A stretch of DNA of 64,000 nt from an uncultured Candidatus Rokubacteria bacterium (GTDB taxonomy: Bacteria; Methylomirabilota; Methylomirabilia; Rokubacteriales; CSP1-6): positions 224,001 through 288,000 of the forward strand of contig CAWBMV010000015.1 in the NCBI GenBank assembly GCA_963789955.1, read 5' to 3'. How positions within the stretch are numbered: position 1 is the first letter of the stretch; each line of letters begins with the position of its first letter. Shown here in pieces: positions 25,012-34,647 of this stretch. The translations under genes were made by a program, and so were the position numbers. The notes under the pieces are model-generated. The model worked only from the letters and a program-made list of their open reading frames with translations, searched no databases and was not told the origin of the DNA.

Positions 25012-25453
25012 CTAGGGGCGCGGCGCCGCCGCCGGCGGCATGCGAACGCGCGTCCACATGTTGACGACGAAGAGCAGCGACGCCACCGGTCTGTCCGAGA
25101 CCACCGAGCGCGATCATCACGCGCAGAGCCGTCGAGTCCGAGTAGCCGCCGAGCGTCTCGGCGAGCGCTCGCACGCATGTGGCCACGGTCATCAGCCAGT
25201 AGACGGCCTCGGCGAGCTCCGGGCGGTAGCGTCGATCGTCGCGGGCCGGCCGCGGGAACATCCACGTGGCCACGCCCATCACGATCATGAGCATGAAGCC
25301 CACCAGGAGGAGATGCACGTGCGCCGTGATGACCAGTCGCGGCGGGTAGGCCCCCGCGAGGAACTGGCCGACGCTGACGTAGGAGCCGAGCAGCACACCG
25401 GCGATCAAGAAGGCGAAGCTCGTCTTGATATATCGGCGGATCAGAGGCGGCAC
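25012..25453 (-). CDS. Small four-helix membrane protein with an HxH motif (resembles heme-copper oxidase subunit I fragment)
   Basis: TAHVHLLLVGF, MGVATWMFPR; frameshift near 25085, ends VVNMWTRVRMPP. Confidence 0.7.
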
Positions 25454-25457
25454 TAGC

Positions 25458-25727
25458 TCAGCGGGAGAAGCGCTGGGCCGCTCGTGCCCGTGCCTTGGCC
25501 GCTTCGTCCTCTCGGCTCCGCGGCGGCGCGTTCGTCTCGAGCGCGCCGAGCAGATTGCGCGAGACCGCGGCGATCTCGTCGATCGCCGCGAGAAACGCCG
25601 CCTCGTTGGCCTTCGACGGCTTGTTGAAGCCGCTCAGCTTCCGGACGAACTGCAGGGAGGCCGCTCGGATCTCTTCGTCGGTCACCGGCGGCTCGAAGTT
25701 GAACAAGGTCTTGATGTTTCGGCACAC
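25458..25727 (-). CDS. DUF2277 domain protein
   Basis: MCRNIKTLFNFEPP..EEIRAASLQFVRKLSGF.KPS.ANE.AF. Confidence 0.9.
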   Translation of the reverse strand: MCRNIKTLFNFEPPVTDEEIRAASLQFVRKLSGFNKPSKANEAAFLAAIDEIAAVSRNLLGALETNAPPRSREDEAAKARARAAQRFSR

Positions 25728-25745
25728 GGGTGGTTCCTCACGCGC

Positions 25746-26882
25746 CTAGCACCGCGTGAGCTCCTCTCTCAGGCGCGCCGCGACGGTCGCCTCTTCCCCG
25801 GGCTGGAGATTGATCGGGTCGACCGCGATCTCGTCGAAGTAGCCGCCCTGATGGGCGCCTTGCTGCACGTAGATGTGCGGATCACCCTTGGCCAGCGCGA
25901 CCTGCACGGCGTTGCCCGACGGCCCCGTCCAGTCCGGTGTGAAGTAGACGACCGCGTGGGGGATCACGCGGTTCACCGGGTCGTGCTCGACCACACAGCG
26001 CAGGCCGGGGATGTCCGAGAGCTTCTCGACGATGATCGTGCACACGTCGATGTAGCGCTTCATCTCCGCGGCCTCGTCCTCGGCGATGAACAGCTCGAGC
26101 GCCGTGACCAGGCCGCAGATCTCTTCCTTCGACGTCTTCGCGGCGCGCCCCAGCGCCTGGTTGGGGCTCGCGTTGAGCGAGACCGCGCGCACGAGATCGC
26201 GCCGACCCGCGAGGATGCCGGTGGACTGCGGCCCGCGGATGCCCTTGCCGCCGCTGAAGCTCACGAGATCGGCGCCGAGCCGGAGGAACTTGGTCAGGTT
26301 CTCGCGCGGCGGCAGCATCGACGCCGCGTCGACGATGACCGGGACGCCGCGGCGGTGGGCGATCGCGACGACCTGCGCCAGGGTGAGCACGCCCGGCGGG
26401 CTCGTGAACGGCGAGATCAGGTAGGCGACGGCGGCGGTCTTCTCCGTGATCGCGTCTTCGAGCTCGAACGGCTGCGTGCGGCGCGCCAGGCCGATCTCGA
26501 CCAGGACGCCGCCGGCAACGCGGTAGGCCTGATCGTAGGCGAAGCGATGCGCGCGCTGGATCACGATCTCGTTCCGCATCCCGCGCGTGTCGGGCAATCG
26601 CGTGATCTTCGCCGGGTCGTCGCCCGCGATGCACGCGGCGGCCTGCAAGATCAGTCCCGAGCTGGCGCCGGCGGTGACGAAGGCCGCCTCGGCGCCGAGC
26701 ATGCGGGCGATCGCGGCTCCGGCGGCCTCGTTGAGCTCGTCGATGTTCACGAGGACCGTCGAGGCCTGGCGCATCGACTCGAGCGCCTCGGGTCGCAGGC
26801 GCGAGCCGCCGTAGCGTGTGGTGGTCCCGGAGCCGTGAATGACGGGACGAACGCCGAGCTTCTTGTAGACGTCGGGGATCAT
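25746..26882 (-). CDS. SelA-like PLP-dependent enzyme (DgaE-type, fold type I)
   Basis: LGVRPVIHGSGTTTRYGGS, VIVDAA, FSGGKGIRGPQSTG, RAAKTSKEE; 378 aa. Confidence 0.85.
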   Translation of the reverse strand: MIPDVYKKLGVRPVIHGSGTTTRYGGSRLRPEALESMRQASTVLVNIDELNEAAGAAIARMLGAEAAFVTAGASSGLILQAAACIAGDDPAKITRLPDTRGMRNEIVIQRAHRFAYDQAYRVAGGVLVEIGLARRTQPFELEDAITEKTAAVAYLISPFTSPPGVLTLAQVVAIAHRRGVPVIVDAASMLPPRENLTKFLRLGADLVSFSGGKGIRGPQSTGILAGRRDLVRAVSLNASPNQALGRAAKTSKEEICGLVTALELFIAEDEAAEMKRYIDVCTIIVEKLSDIPGLRCVVEHDPVNRVIPHAVVYFTPDWTGPSGNAVQVALAKGDPHIYVQQGAHQGGYFDEIAVDPINLQPGEEATVAARLREELTRC

Positions 26883-28249
26883 GCGAGGCCCTCCTCCTTC
26901 ATGTCGCGGATCGCCGCCTCGAATGCGGTCAGGGTCTCGCCGATGACCTCGTCGGTATGGCAGGTGCCCACGAGCGCCCGCCCGCCGTTGAAGTCGACGC
27001 CGTGCAGGATGAGCGCCTGACGGAGCGCCCGGCTCTGCTCGGCGCTCTTCGCGTCGAGCCGTCGCCAGTCGACGTCCTGCACCGACTGATCCGAGCCGTC
27101 GCGCGGAGGCGTGCCGGCGCCGAAGAAGATCTTCCAGTCGCTGTGATCGCCGTAGATCTTCCACGGCACGCTCTCGCGCGCCAGGATCTCGTTCATGCCG
27201 TGGCGCAGCTTGGCGGCCTGCTGGTTGGCGAAGCGGATCGCCTGGCCGTCGGCCACGGAGGACAGCATCGCGACACCGGCCGCCGCCGACAGCGGATTGG
27301 CGTTGAAGGTGCCGGCGTGGGCGATCTTGGCGCGGCGGTTCTCCTCCGCGGTCGGCTTCGTGGCCAGATAGCTCATCACGTCCTCACGGCCGGCGCAGGC
27401 GCCGCCCGGAAGCCCGCCGGAGAGGATCTTCGCCATCGTCGTGAGGTCGGGCCGGATGCCGAGCTTTTCCTGGGCGCCGCCGGGCGCCACGCGGAAGCCG
27501 GTGACGACCTCGTCGAAGATCAGCAGCACGTTCGCGCGCCGGGTCTCCTCGCGAAGCGCGGCGACGAAGGACGCCGGCGCCGGCACCGAGCCAAAGTGAC
27601 CACCGGTCGGCTCGATGATCACCGCGGCCACGTCGCCCTTGGCGAGGCGCGCGCGCACCGCGCCGATGTCGTTGGGCGGCAGCACGGAGACCAGATCGAC
27701 CACTTCGGGAAGCTGGCCGGCCTCGGGCTCGGCCTCGTAGGGCGCGCGCACGCCGACCTCGAGCCCCTCGTGCCAGCCGTGGAAGTGGCCGGCGAACTTG
27801 ACGACGTGACGCTTGCCCGTGAACGCGCGGGCCAGCCGCACGGCCATGTGGGTGGCCTCGGTGCCCGTTCCGGTGAAGCGCACCCGCTCGGCGCTCGGCA
27901 CGAGCCGGCACACCCACTCGCCCCACTCGACTTCCTTCTCGTGACACGCGCCGTAGTGGGTGCCGCGCAGCGCCTGCTCGCGCACGGCCTCCGCCACCTG
28001 TCGCGGATTGTGCCCGAGGAGCAAAGCGCCATGCCCCATCCAGTAGTCGACATAGCGGTTGCCGTCGACGTCCCACTTGTAGGCGCCATCGGCGCGGGCG
28101 ATGTAGAGCGGGAACGGCTGCATGCGACGGTTGTCGTGAGTCACCGCGTCGGGGAAGAGGCGCCGGGCGCGCTCGTACAGCGCGCGCGAGGCGGGCAGTG
28201 CGTCGGTGTAGCTGTCCTGGAGCTTGGACGAAGCGGCGAGGCGGGCCAT
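26879..28249 (-). CDS. Class III aminotransferase (glutamate-1-semialdehyde aminomutase-like)
   Basis: WDVDGNRYVDY, GTEAT, FHGWH, LIFDEVVTGFR, DLTTMAKILSGGLP, AGTFNANP. Confidence 0.93.
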   Translation of the reverse strand: MARLAASSKLQDSYTDALPASRALYERARRLFPDAVTHDNRRMQPFPLYIARADGAYKWDVDGNRYVDYWMGHGALLLGHNPRQVAEAVREQALRGTHYGACHEKEVEWGEWVCRLVPSAERVRFTGTGTEATHMAVRLARAFTGKRHVVKFAGHFHGWHEGLEVGVRAPYEAEPEAGQLPEVVDLVSVLPPNDIGAVRARLAKGDVAAVIIEPTGGHFGSVPAPASFVAALREETRRANVLLIFDEVVTGFRVAPGGAQEKLGIRPDLTTMAKILSGGLPGGACAGREDVMSYLATKPTAEENRRAKIAHAGTFNANPLSAAAGVAMLSSVADGQAIRFANQQAAKLRHGMNEILARESVPWKIYGDHSDWKIFFGAGTPPRDGSDQSVQDVDWRRLDAKSAEQSRALRQALILHGVDFNGGRALVGTCHTDEVIGETLTAFEAAIRDMKEEGLA

Positions 28250-28383
28250 GAGAGATCTCCTCTGATTGGAGGCCGTGATGATCGGCGACGCCGGTACGTT
28301 ACGCCCGTCGTCCGGCGCCGGTCAAGGAAGCGCATCCGCGACGCTCGCGTTCGCGGTAGTATCTCCGCTCGCGGAGGATTCTC

Positions 28384-29800
28384 ATGCGTGCGTCCTCGTC
28401 CTCTCGGTCGTCGTCGCCGCCGTGCTCGTCTCTCCGGTGTCACGACCCGGACCCAGCGCGCAGCCGGCCACGCTCGAGCCGCACCAGCAGCTCCTGCGCG
28501 AGATCTATCAGGAGCTGATCGAGATCAACACGACCAACTCCGTCGGCGACAACACCAGGGCGGCGGAGGCGATGGCTCGCCGGCTGATCGCCGCCGGGTT
28601 CTCGGCCGCCGACGTCCAGGTGCTGGTGCCGACTCCGCGCAAGGGCAACATGGTGGCGCGCCTGCGCGGCACCGGGGCCCGACGGCCGCTGCTGCTGCTG
28701 GCTCATCTCGACGTCGTCGAGGCGAATCGGGAAGACTGGTCGGTCGATCCCTTCAAGCTGCTCGAGCGGGACGGCTACTTCTACGGCCGCGGCACCACCG
28801 ACGACAAGGCCATGGCCGCGTCGTTCGTGGCGAATCTGATCCGCTACCGGCGGGAGGGCTTCGTGCCCGACCGCGATCGTCATCGTGGCGCTGACGGCGG
28901 ACGAAGAAGGCGGCGGGCACAACGGCGTGGTGTGGCTCCTCAAGGAGCATCGGGCGCTGATCGACGCCGAGCTGGCGATCAACGAGGGCGGCGGCGGGGC
29001 GCTGCAGAAGGGACGGCGTGCGGTCAACAGCCTCCAGGCGAGTGAGAAGATCGTCCAGAGCTATCGGCTCGAGGTGACGAACCGCGGCGGGCACAGCTCG
29101 TTGCCCGTCAAGGACAACGCGATCTGGCACCTCGCCGCCGGCCTGGCGCGGCTGGCCGATTTCGACTTCCCGGTCAACCTCGACGAGGTGAACCGGCAGT
29201 TCTTCGAGCGCACGAGCGCGCAGATCGGCGGATCGCTCGGGGACGACTTCCGCGCGGTCGCGACCGGCAACCGTGATCCGGCGGTCGTGGCGCGGGTCGC
29301 CGCGCTGGGCCCGGTGTTCAACTCGCGGCTGCGCACGACGTGCGTCCCGACGAGGCTCGAGGGCGGCCACGCCGACAACGCGCTGCCGCAGACGGCCCGC
29401 GCCGTCGTGAACTGTCGCGTGCTTCCGAACGAGACGGAAGCAGGACGTGCGCCAGCAGCTCGTCCGCGCGCTCGCGAACGACAAGATCAAGGTGACGCCG
29501 ACCAACAAGTTCTTCCCGAGCCCGCCGTCGCCGCTCACGCCCGAGATCATGAGCGCGGTGGAACGCGTGACGCAGGCGCTGTGGCCCGGCGTTCCCGTCG
29601 TGCCGACGATGTCGACCGGCGCCACCGACTCGAGATATCTGCGCTCCGCCGGCATTCCGGCCTACGGCACATCCGGGATGTTCGGCGAGGTCGACGACAT
29701 CCGAGCACATGGTCGCGACGAGCGGCTGCTCGTGCGGTCGCTCTACGAGGGGCAGGAGTATCTCTATCGGCTCGTGAAGGTGCTCTCGTCCAAGCCGTAG
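28384..29800 (+). CDS. Secreted M20/M25/M40 family metallopeptidase, frameshifted
   Basis: LLAHLDVV, GRGTTDDK, ADEE, INEGG, GGHSS, GATDS, RAHGRDER. Confidence 0.92.
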
Positions 29801-29806
29801 ACACAG

Positions 29807-29844
29807 CGACGCCGGTCAACGCGCCTCGGCGCTGACCGGCGTCG
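29807..29844. terminator. Hairpin between convergent genes (possible bidirectional terminator)
   Basis: 12-bp stem CGACGCCGGTCA / TGACCGGCGTCG; no clear U-tract. Confidence 0.55.
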
Positions 29845-29870
29845 GGAAACTCTCGGGGAAGGCCGCCGCG

Positions 29871-30314
29871 CTACTCGAGATCCAGCTCGTCGCGCTTCGG
29901 CCCGACCGTCTTCATCGTCTCGAACCCGTTCTCGACCATGTCGCAGTAGAGCTCGACCCGGTTACCGTCCGGATCGAAGAAATAGACGCTCCGGGTCACG
30001 TTGTGCTCGGCGGTGCTGTCGAGCGGGATCCCCATTCGCTTGAGCTCTTTGTAGGCGGCCTTGAGCTCCTCGAAGTTGTCGAGGCGCCACGCGACGTGGT
30101 GCAGGCCCGGCTGAGTCTTCGCCGGCGGCTCGCCGGTCGCTTGCTGGAAGAGCGCCAGGTCGTGGTGCTCCTTGCCGAAGCTGAGGAACACGGCGCCGCG
30201 CTCGAGATTCTCGTGAGCCACCTTCAGGCCCAGGGTCTGCGTGTAGAAGTCCCGAGATTTCTCGGCATTTCGGACGTTCAGCACGACGTGACCGAGCCGC
30301 TTCGCCTGGATCAT
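29871..30314 (-). CDS. VOC (glyoxalase/extradiol dioxygenase) family protein
   Basis: LGHVVLNV, HHDLAL, GLHHVAW, SVYFFDPDGNRVEL. Confidence 0.92.
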   Translation of the reverse strand: MIQAKRLGHVVLNVRNAEKSRDFYTQTLGLKVAHENLERGAVFLSFGKEHHDLALFQQATGEPPAKTQPGLHHVAWRLDNFEELKAAYKELKRMGIPLDSTAEHNVTRSVYFFDPDGNRVELYCDMVENGFETMKTVGPKRDELDLE

Positions 30315-30466
30315 GGTGTCCCTCCCCGGAGCACCGAGGGCGCTCCCGTGTACCCTCGCGCTTCGCTTACTTTACCGCGCTTTCGCCTCCGCTGCGCAAC
30401 CCCCGATTGCAGCGCGCCGCGAATTCTGGAACACGAGCGCCACTCTCGTGCCGGACGCACGCCAGC

Positions 30467-31579
30467 TCACGTGGCGCGAGAATCGGCCGCCACGACGAGG
30501 CGCTGGCGGCGCTCGACGCCGCCGCGCACGAGGGGAACCAGCTCGCGCCCGAACTCGATCGCGTCCTGGAGCGGGTCGAATCCGCGGATCAGCACGGTGC
30601 CGGCCCCGGCGTCGTAGTAGTCGAGCAAGGATTCGGCGACCTGCTCGGCGGTCCCGACCAGCGCCGTGGTGCTGCCGGCGGCTCCCGTGGCGGCGGCGAT
30701 CGCGGTCCAGAGGCGCTTGTCGTGCACCTCGCCCCGGCCGGCAAGATCGAGCAACCGCTGCGAGCCGATGCTCTGCGGCCGCGCCGGCGTCGTCGCACCG
30801 CCCCGCAGCTCGACGATGCGCTCGAGAATGCCGCGCGCGCGGGCCCAGGCTTTCTCTTCGGTCGCGCCGAGGATCGGACGCACCGACACGCTGAACCGCG
30901 GCGCGCGGCCTGGAGGCGCGGCGGCGCGTACCTCGGCGATCGACTGTCGGATGGCCGCGACCGGCTCACCCCAGAGCGCGTAGACGTCGCAGTGGCGCGC
31001 GCCGACCGCGAGTGCTGCGCCGGAGGCGCCGCCGAAGTAGATCGGAATCGCCGGCTGCTGCAGCGGCTTGACCTCGGAGAAGGCGCCGCGCACCCGGTAG
31101 AACTCGCCGTCGAAGTCGAATGGACGGCTGCTGGTCCAGGTGCGACGCAGGACTTCGAGATACTCGTCGGTCCGTCGGTAGCGGGCGTCGTGGTCGAGGA
31201 AGTCGCCGTCGCGCTGCTGCTCGACGTCGCTGCCGCCGGTGATGATGTGGAGCGCGATGCGGCCGCCGGTCAGGTGGTCGAGCGAGGCGGCTTTCCGCGC
31301 GGCGAGCGTCGGCGCGACGAACCCGGGGCGATGGGCGATGAGGAAGCCGAGCCGCGTCGTGGCCGCGGCGGCGTGCGCCGTGACCACGAAGCCGTCGGCG
31401 CCCGTCGAGCCGTAGCCGACCAGCACGCGGTCGAAGCCGCCTTCTTCGTGGATGCGGGCGAACTCCGCGATGAAGCGCGGATCGACGGCGCCGGTGATGA
31501 TCGACTTGCCGTAGATCTCCGACGCCAAGGTCGTCGAGATCATCCCGATGATTTCGATTCCGGAGCTCCGCACGGTCAC
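30467..31579 (-). CDS. LLM-class monooxygenase (SsuD-like)
   Basis: GFDRVLVGY, FLIAHRPGFVAPTLAAR, IYFGGAS, ALVGTAEQVA. Confidence 0.92.
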   Translation of the reverse strand: MTVRSSGIEIIGMISTTLASEIYGKSIITGAVDPRFIAEFARIHEEGGFDRVLVGYGSTGADGFVVTAHAAAATTRLGFLIAHRPGFVAPTLAARKAASLDHLTGGRIALHIITGGSDVEQQRDGDFLDHDARYRRTDEYLEVLRRTWTSSRPFDFDGEFYRVRGAFSEVKPLQQPAIPIYFGGASGAALAVGARHCDVYALWGEPVAAIRQSIAEVRAAAPPGRAPRFSVSVRPILGATEEKAWARARGILERIVELRGGATTPARPQSIGSQRLLDLAGRGEVHDKRLWTAIAAATGAAGSTTALVGTAEQVAESLLDYYDAGAGTVLIRGFDPLQDAIEFGRELVPLVRGGVERRQRLVVAADSRAT

Positions 31580-31586
31580 CTCCGCC

Positions 31587-32240
31587 TCAGGACCGACGCA
31601 GCTGCTCGAGGATCTTCACCGTGTCTGCCGGCTCCGGCCGGTGCGTGTAGTCCGGATCGGCGTTGACGGCACGGATGATGCCCTGACGATCGATGACGAA
31701 CCTGGCCGGAACGGGTAGGCGCCACGTACCGTCACCATTGCCGCGCGCCAGATCGATCCCGAACTTCGTGTAGATCTCGCGCAGGTCGTCGGGCAACGTG
31801 AAGACCAGGCCGTACGATTCGGCGACGCGATTGCCGAAGTCGCGCAGCATTGCGTAGGCGAATGCCTCCGCCTCTTGCGTCTCGCGCGGTGTCCGCGCCA
31901 CCTGGGGCGAGATGACCGCGAGGCTCGCGCCGGCGCCGGTGATCTCGGGCAGGGCACGCTGCAGAGCTGCCAGCTCTGCGTTGCAGTAGGGTCACCAGCG
32001 GCCGCGGTAGAAGGACAGGACGACCGGTCCACGGGCCCGCAGCTCGGCGAGGCTGACCTGGCGTCCGCCGGCGTCGGGGAGCGTAAAGTCCGGCGCCGGC
32101 TGACCGACCTTCGCGATTCGGCTCATGATCCCAGCAGCCCGAAGATCCTCGACGCTCCGCTCCATGATCACCCGCGCCTCGGCCGGGATCCGCGCCTTGG
32201 CCGCCTCGCGCAGCTTGTCGAGCTGGTCTTGCAACGTCAT
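31587..32240 (-). CDS. Selenocysteine-containing peroxiredoxin-like (AhpC/TSA) protein; UGA at 31994-31992
   Basis: ORFs 31992..32312 and 31587..31901 are in frame across a single TGA: FYRGRW-U-PYCNAEL, where homologues have WCPYC; SECIS-like hairpin follows. Confidence 0.88.
31961..31979 (-). promoter_or_regulatory. Putative bacterial SECIS element
   Basis: GCAGAGCT-GGC-AGCTCTGC: perfect 8-bp stem starting 12 nt after the UGA, with a G-leading apical loop. Confidence 0.72.
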
Positions 32241-32296
32241 CGCGTCCTCCTCGAGACGATCAATCCGGACGTGGGCGACCGCGCGGTGAGAGGAAG

Positions 32297-32328
32297 ATGC
32301 CCCGCCGGCCAAGCGACCGGCGGGGCAT
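32297..32328 (-). terminator. GC-rich hairpin downstream of the VOC dioxygenase gene
   Basis: ATGCCCCGCCGG / CCGGCGGGGCAT 12-bp stem with a pyrimidine-rich tail on the minus strand. Confidence 0.55.
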
Positions 32329-32352
32329 TGGCGTCGACTCAGGAACCCGAAG

Positions 32353-33301
32353 CTACGCGATCACCCGATTGAGGAATCGCTCCGGCGGCCGCTCGCCCCA
32401 CTGAGAAACCAGTCCGTCGTCGGCCGAGATCAGGTTCGAGCCGTTCTTCGCGTTCAGCCGGTCGGTGTCGGACCAGTGCTCGTGCACGCGGCCCCACGGA
32501 TCGGACCAGTAGTCGTAGATCTGGCTGCCGAGCAGATGACGCCCGATTCCCCACATGTGCTCGTACTTGCCGAGCTTCTGCAGGTGCTCATGACCGGTGA
32601 ACACGTCGTCGATGTCGGCCACCTCGAACGAGAAATGATTCAGGCCGGCGCGCTCGTTCCGGACGCAGAAGAACACGTGGTGGTCGACGTAGGTGGCGCC
32701 GCGATCGAGCCGGTTGAACGATCCGATGATGTTGTCCTTGCTCCCGGCGTAGACGTCGTCCGAACAGATGAAGCCGAGCGTGTCGCGGAACCAGCGGGCC
32801 GTCTCCACGACCTTCGGCGACGCCATGACCGCGTGACCGATCCGCTTGACCCGGGACGGGCCCAGATGGATCCGCATCACCTTGCCCGCGCGCTTGAGCC
32901 CTTCCGACCCGAGATTGAGGGGCTGCCGCTTCACGACGATCGGCTTGAGCTTCTTGATCCCGTACACCACCTCGATCTGGTAGCCGTTCGGCTCCTTCAG
33001 CCGCACGCGCTTGCCGCCGCCGGGCTCGTCGATGTCCTCGACGCCCGGAGGCGCCCGGGGCCTTGGCGACCTTCTTCAGATCGTCCAGGCTGGCCGCGTA
33101 GTAGGCGATACCCACGAAGCCGGGGTCGCCCTTCTCCGTGACATGAAGATGGTGAGGCGCATCGGTGCCCCGCATGTAGAGCGCGGTGTTCGTCCGGGCC
33201 GCCCGCACCATGCCGAAGTTGGTGAGGAACTCCTCCGCCGTATCGAGGTCCGGCGCCCGGAGCCGCCCGTATGCGAGATCGGTCACCTTGATGAGTGCCA
33301 T
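32353..33301 (-). CDS. Two-domain VOC extradiol dioxygenase-like protein (THT-oxygenase-like), one frameshift near 33040
   Basis: DLAYGRLRAPDL, RIGHAV, VDHHVFF, LNHFSFEV, WGIGRHLLGSQIYDYW.DP.G.VHEH. Confidence 0.88.
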
Positions 33302-33331
33302 CGCCTGTCCTCCTGTGTTCGGACGCTCGAC

Positions 33332-33360
33332 ATGCTAGACCACCGGCAATTCCAGGGCAA
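33332..33360 (-). promoter_or_regulatory. Putative sigma70 promoter
   Basis: TTGCCC-N17-TAGCAT about 30 nt upstream of the start at 33301. Confidence 0.4.
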
Positions 33361-33375
33361 GAAGCGAGGGAGGAC

Positions 33376-33729
33376 TCAACGCCCCATGAGGCGATCGTAG
33401 GACGACGAGATCCGGTCGATCAGCTGCGGATCGACCGTCGTGGCGCCCACCGTGTTGAACTGCACGCGCACGCTTCCGTCGGCCTGCGTCTGTACCAGTC
33501 CGACCACTTGAATCCCACTGAGGTCGCCGCGCAAGGTCCCGGTCGAGCGGTCTTCCTGGTTGATCCGCACGCCCTGCTCCTGCATCGCGTTGCGCGCGGC
33601 GGACCACGAACGATCGAACGTCGAGACGGGAGCCGGCGCGTAGACACCCGGCGCCGTTTGGTAGTACGTGCAGCCGGCGAGCAGGCTCGTGCAGAGCCCC
33701 AGCGCGAGCCCGAGTCGAAGGGCGGTCAT
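33376..33729 (-). CDS. Small lipoprotein
   Basis: Lipobox LLAG-C in MTALRLGLALGLCTSLLAGC; ATGA overlap with the upstream gene. Confidence 0.75.
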   Translation of the reverse strand: MTALRLGLALGLCTSLLAGCTYYQTAPGVYAPAPVSTFDRSWSAARNAMQEQGVRINQEDRSTGTLRGDLSGIQVVGLVQTQADGSVRVQFNTVGATTVDPQLIDRISSSYDRLMGR

Positions 33730-34647
33730 TTCGCGGCTCGTTTCGGACGCGACTTTGGTCCACGTCTTGTCGGGGTTGTAGGTCTTCATCGCCTCCGCAA
33801 TCTGGGCGGTTCTCGGCCCGAGGTCCTTCTGATACACGATGCCGTCGTGGCTCACCATGAACGTCATGATGCCCGAGACGGCGTACGTGGCGGGGAACGC
33901 CACGAGCGCGAACCCGCCGATCATGTGCCCCTTGACGACATAGTCGTAGGCGCCGCCGGGCGCGGCGGGACCCTGCGAGAGCAGCGGGCGAAACAGGTAG
34001 CCGTTGTAGGGCGACCGCTTGCCGGGCTCGGGTCTCCTGTATCCCGCCGCCCTCGCCTCCGCGATGAGCGGGCCGATCGGGCTCTGCCTCTCTCCGGGCC
34101 GTGTCGGCCAGTAGAGACCATCCCGTTTGCCCTGGGTGCTCTCAAGACGCTGTGCGAACTCGAGCACGCCGGCGCCGCGGTCCCGTGAGTAGTATTCGCG
34201 CTGCGCGTCGACGTAGGCCAGGCACACCTGGATCGTGGCGAGCTCGTTTCGTCCGACCCGACGGTAGAGGATCTCGTCGTCGCCGGCGTCGGTATCCCAG
34301 AACCATCGCGGGCCGTCGGGCACGAGCGGGATGGGAAGCGGATAGTCATCGTCACCGACGTAGAGGACGACCTTGCCGCCGCCGCCCTCGAGCCGGTGCT
34401 TGCGATCGTAGGCCGTCACGAACCGCTGGAATCCCGCGCGATCGGCGACATTGTCACCAGACCAGACGATGGGGACCCCTTTGGGGCCGAGGATCTCGAC
34501 GATCGCTTTTCGGTCCTCGGCACGAAACGCCGCGACGAGCGCGTTGACGGCGTCGTCCAGGGACGCGAAGCTCTTCTGCCCGGCCGCGGCGAATACGGCG
34601 CCCTGCAGACCAACCACGAGCGCGAGCGCGATGCTCAGAGCCTTCAT
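33726..34647 (-). CDS. DUF2950 family protein
   Basis: YPLPIPLV, RRVGRNEL, YVDAQREY, GKRDGLYW, GGFALVAFPATY, GIVYQKDLG. Confidence 0.9.

Noticed and set aside
25746..26882. True selenocysteine synthase selA
   Set aside because: It is short, lacks the N-terminal tRNA-binding region and has no adjacent selB; it fits the SelA-like/DgaE group.
26957..28894. Long antisense ORFs (also 50522..52459, 25425..27020, 5708..7411 and others)
   Set aside because: Typical stop-poor shadow frames of high-GC coding DNA opposite well-supported genes.
33376..34647. DUF2950-lipoprotein fusion
   Set aside because: Internal signal peptide with lipobox and an ATGA overlap indicate separate genes.
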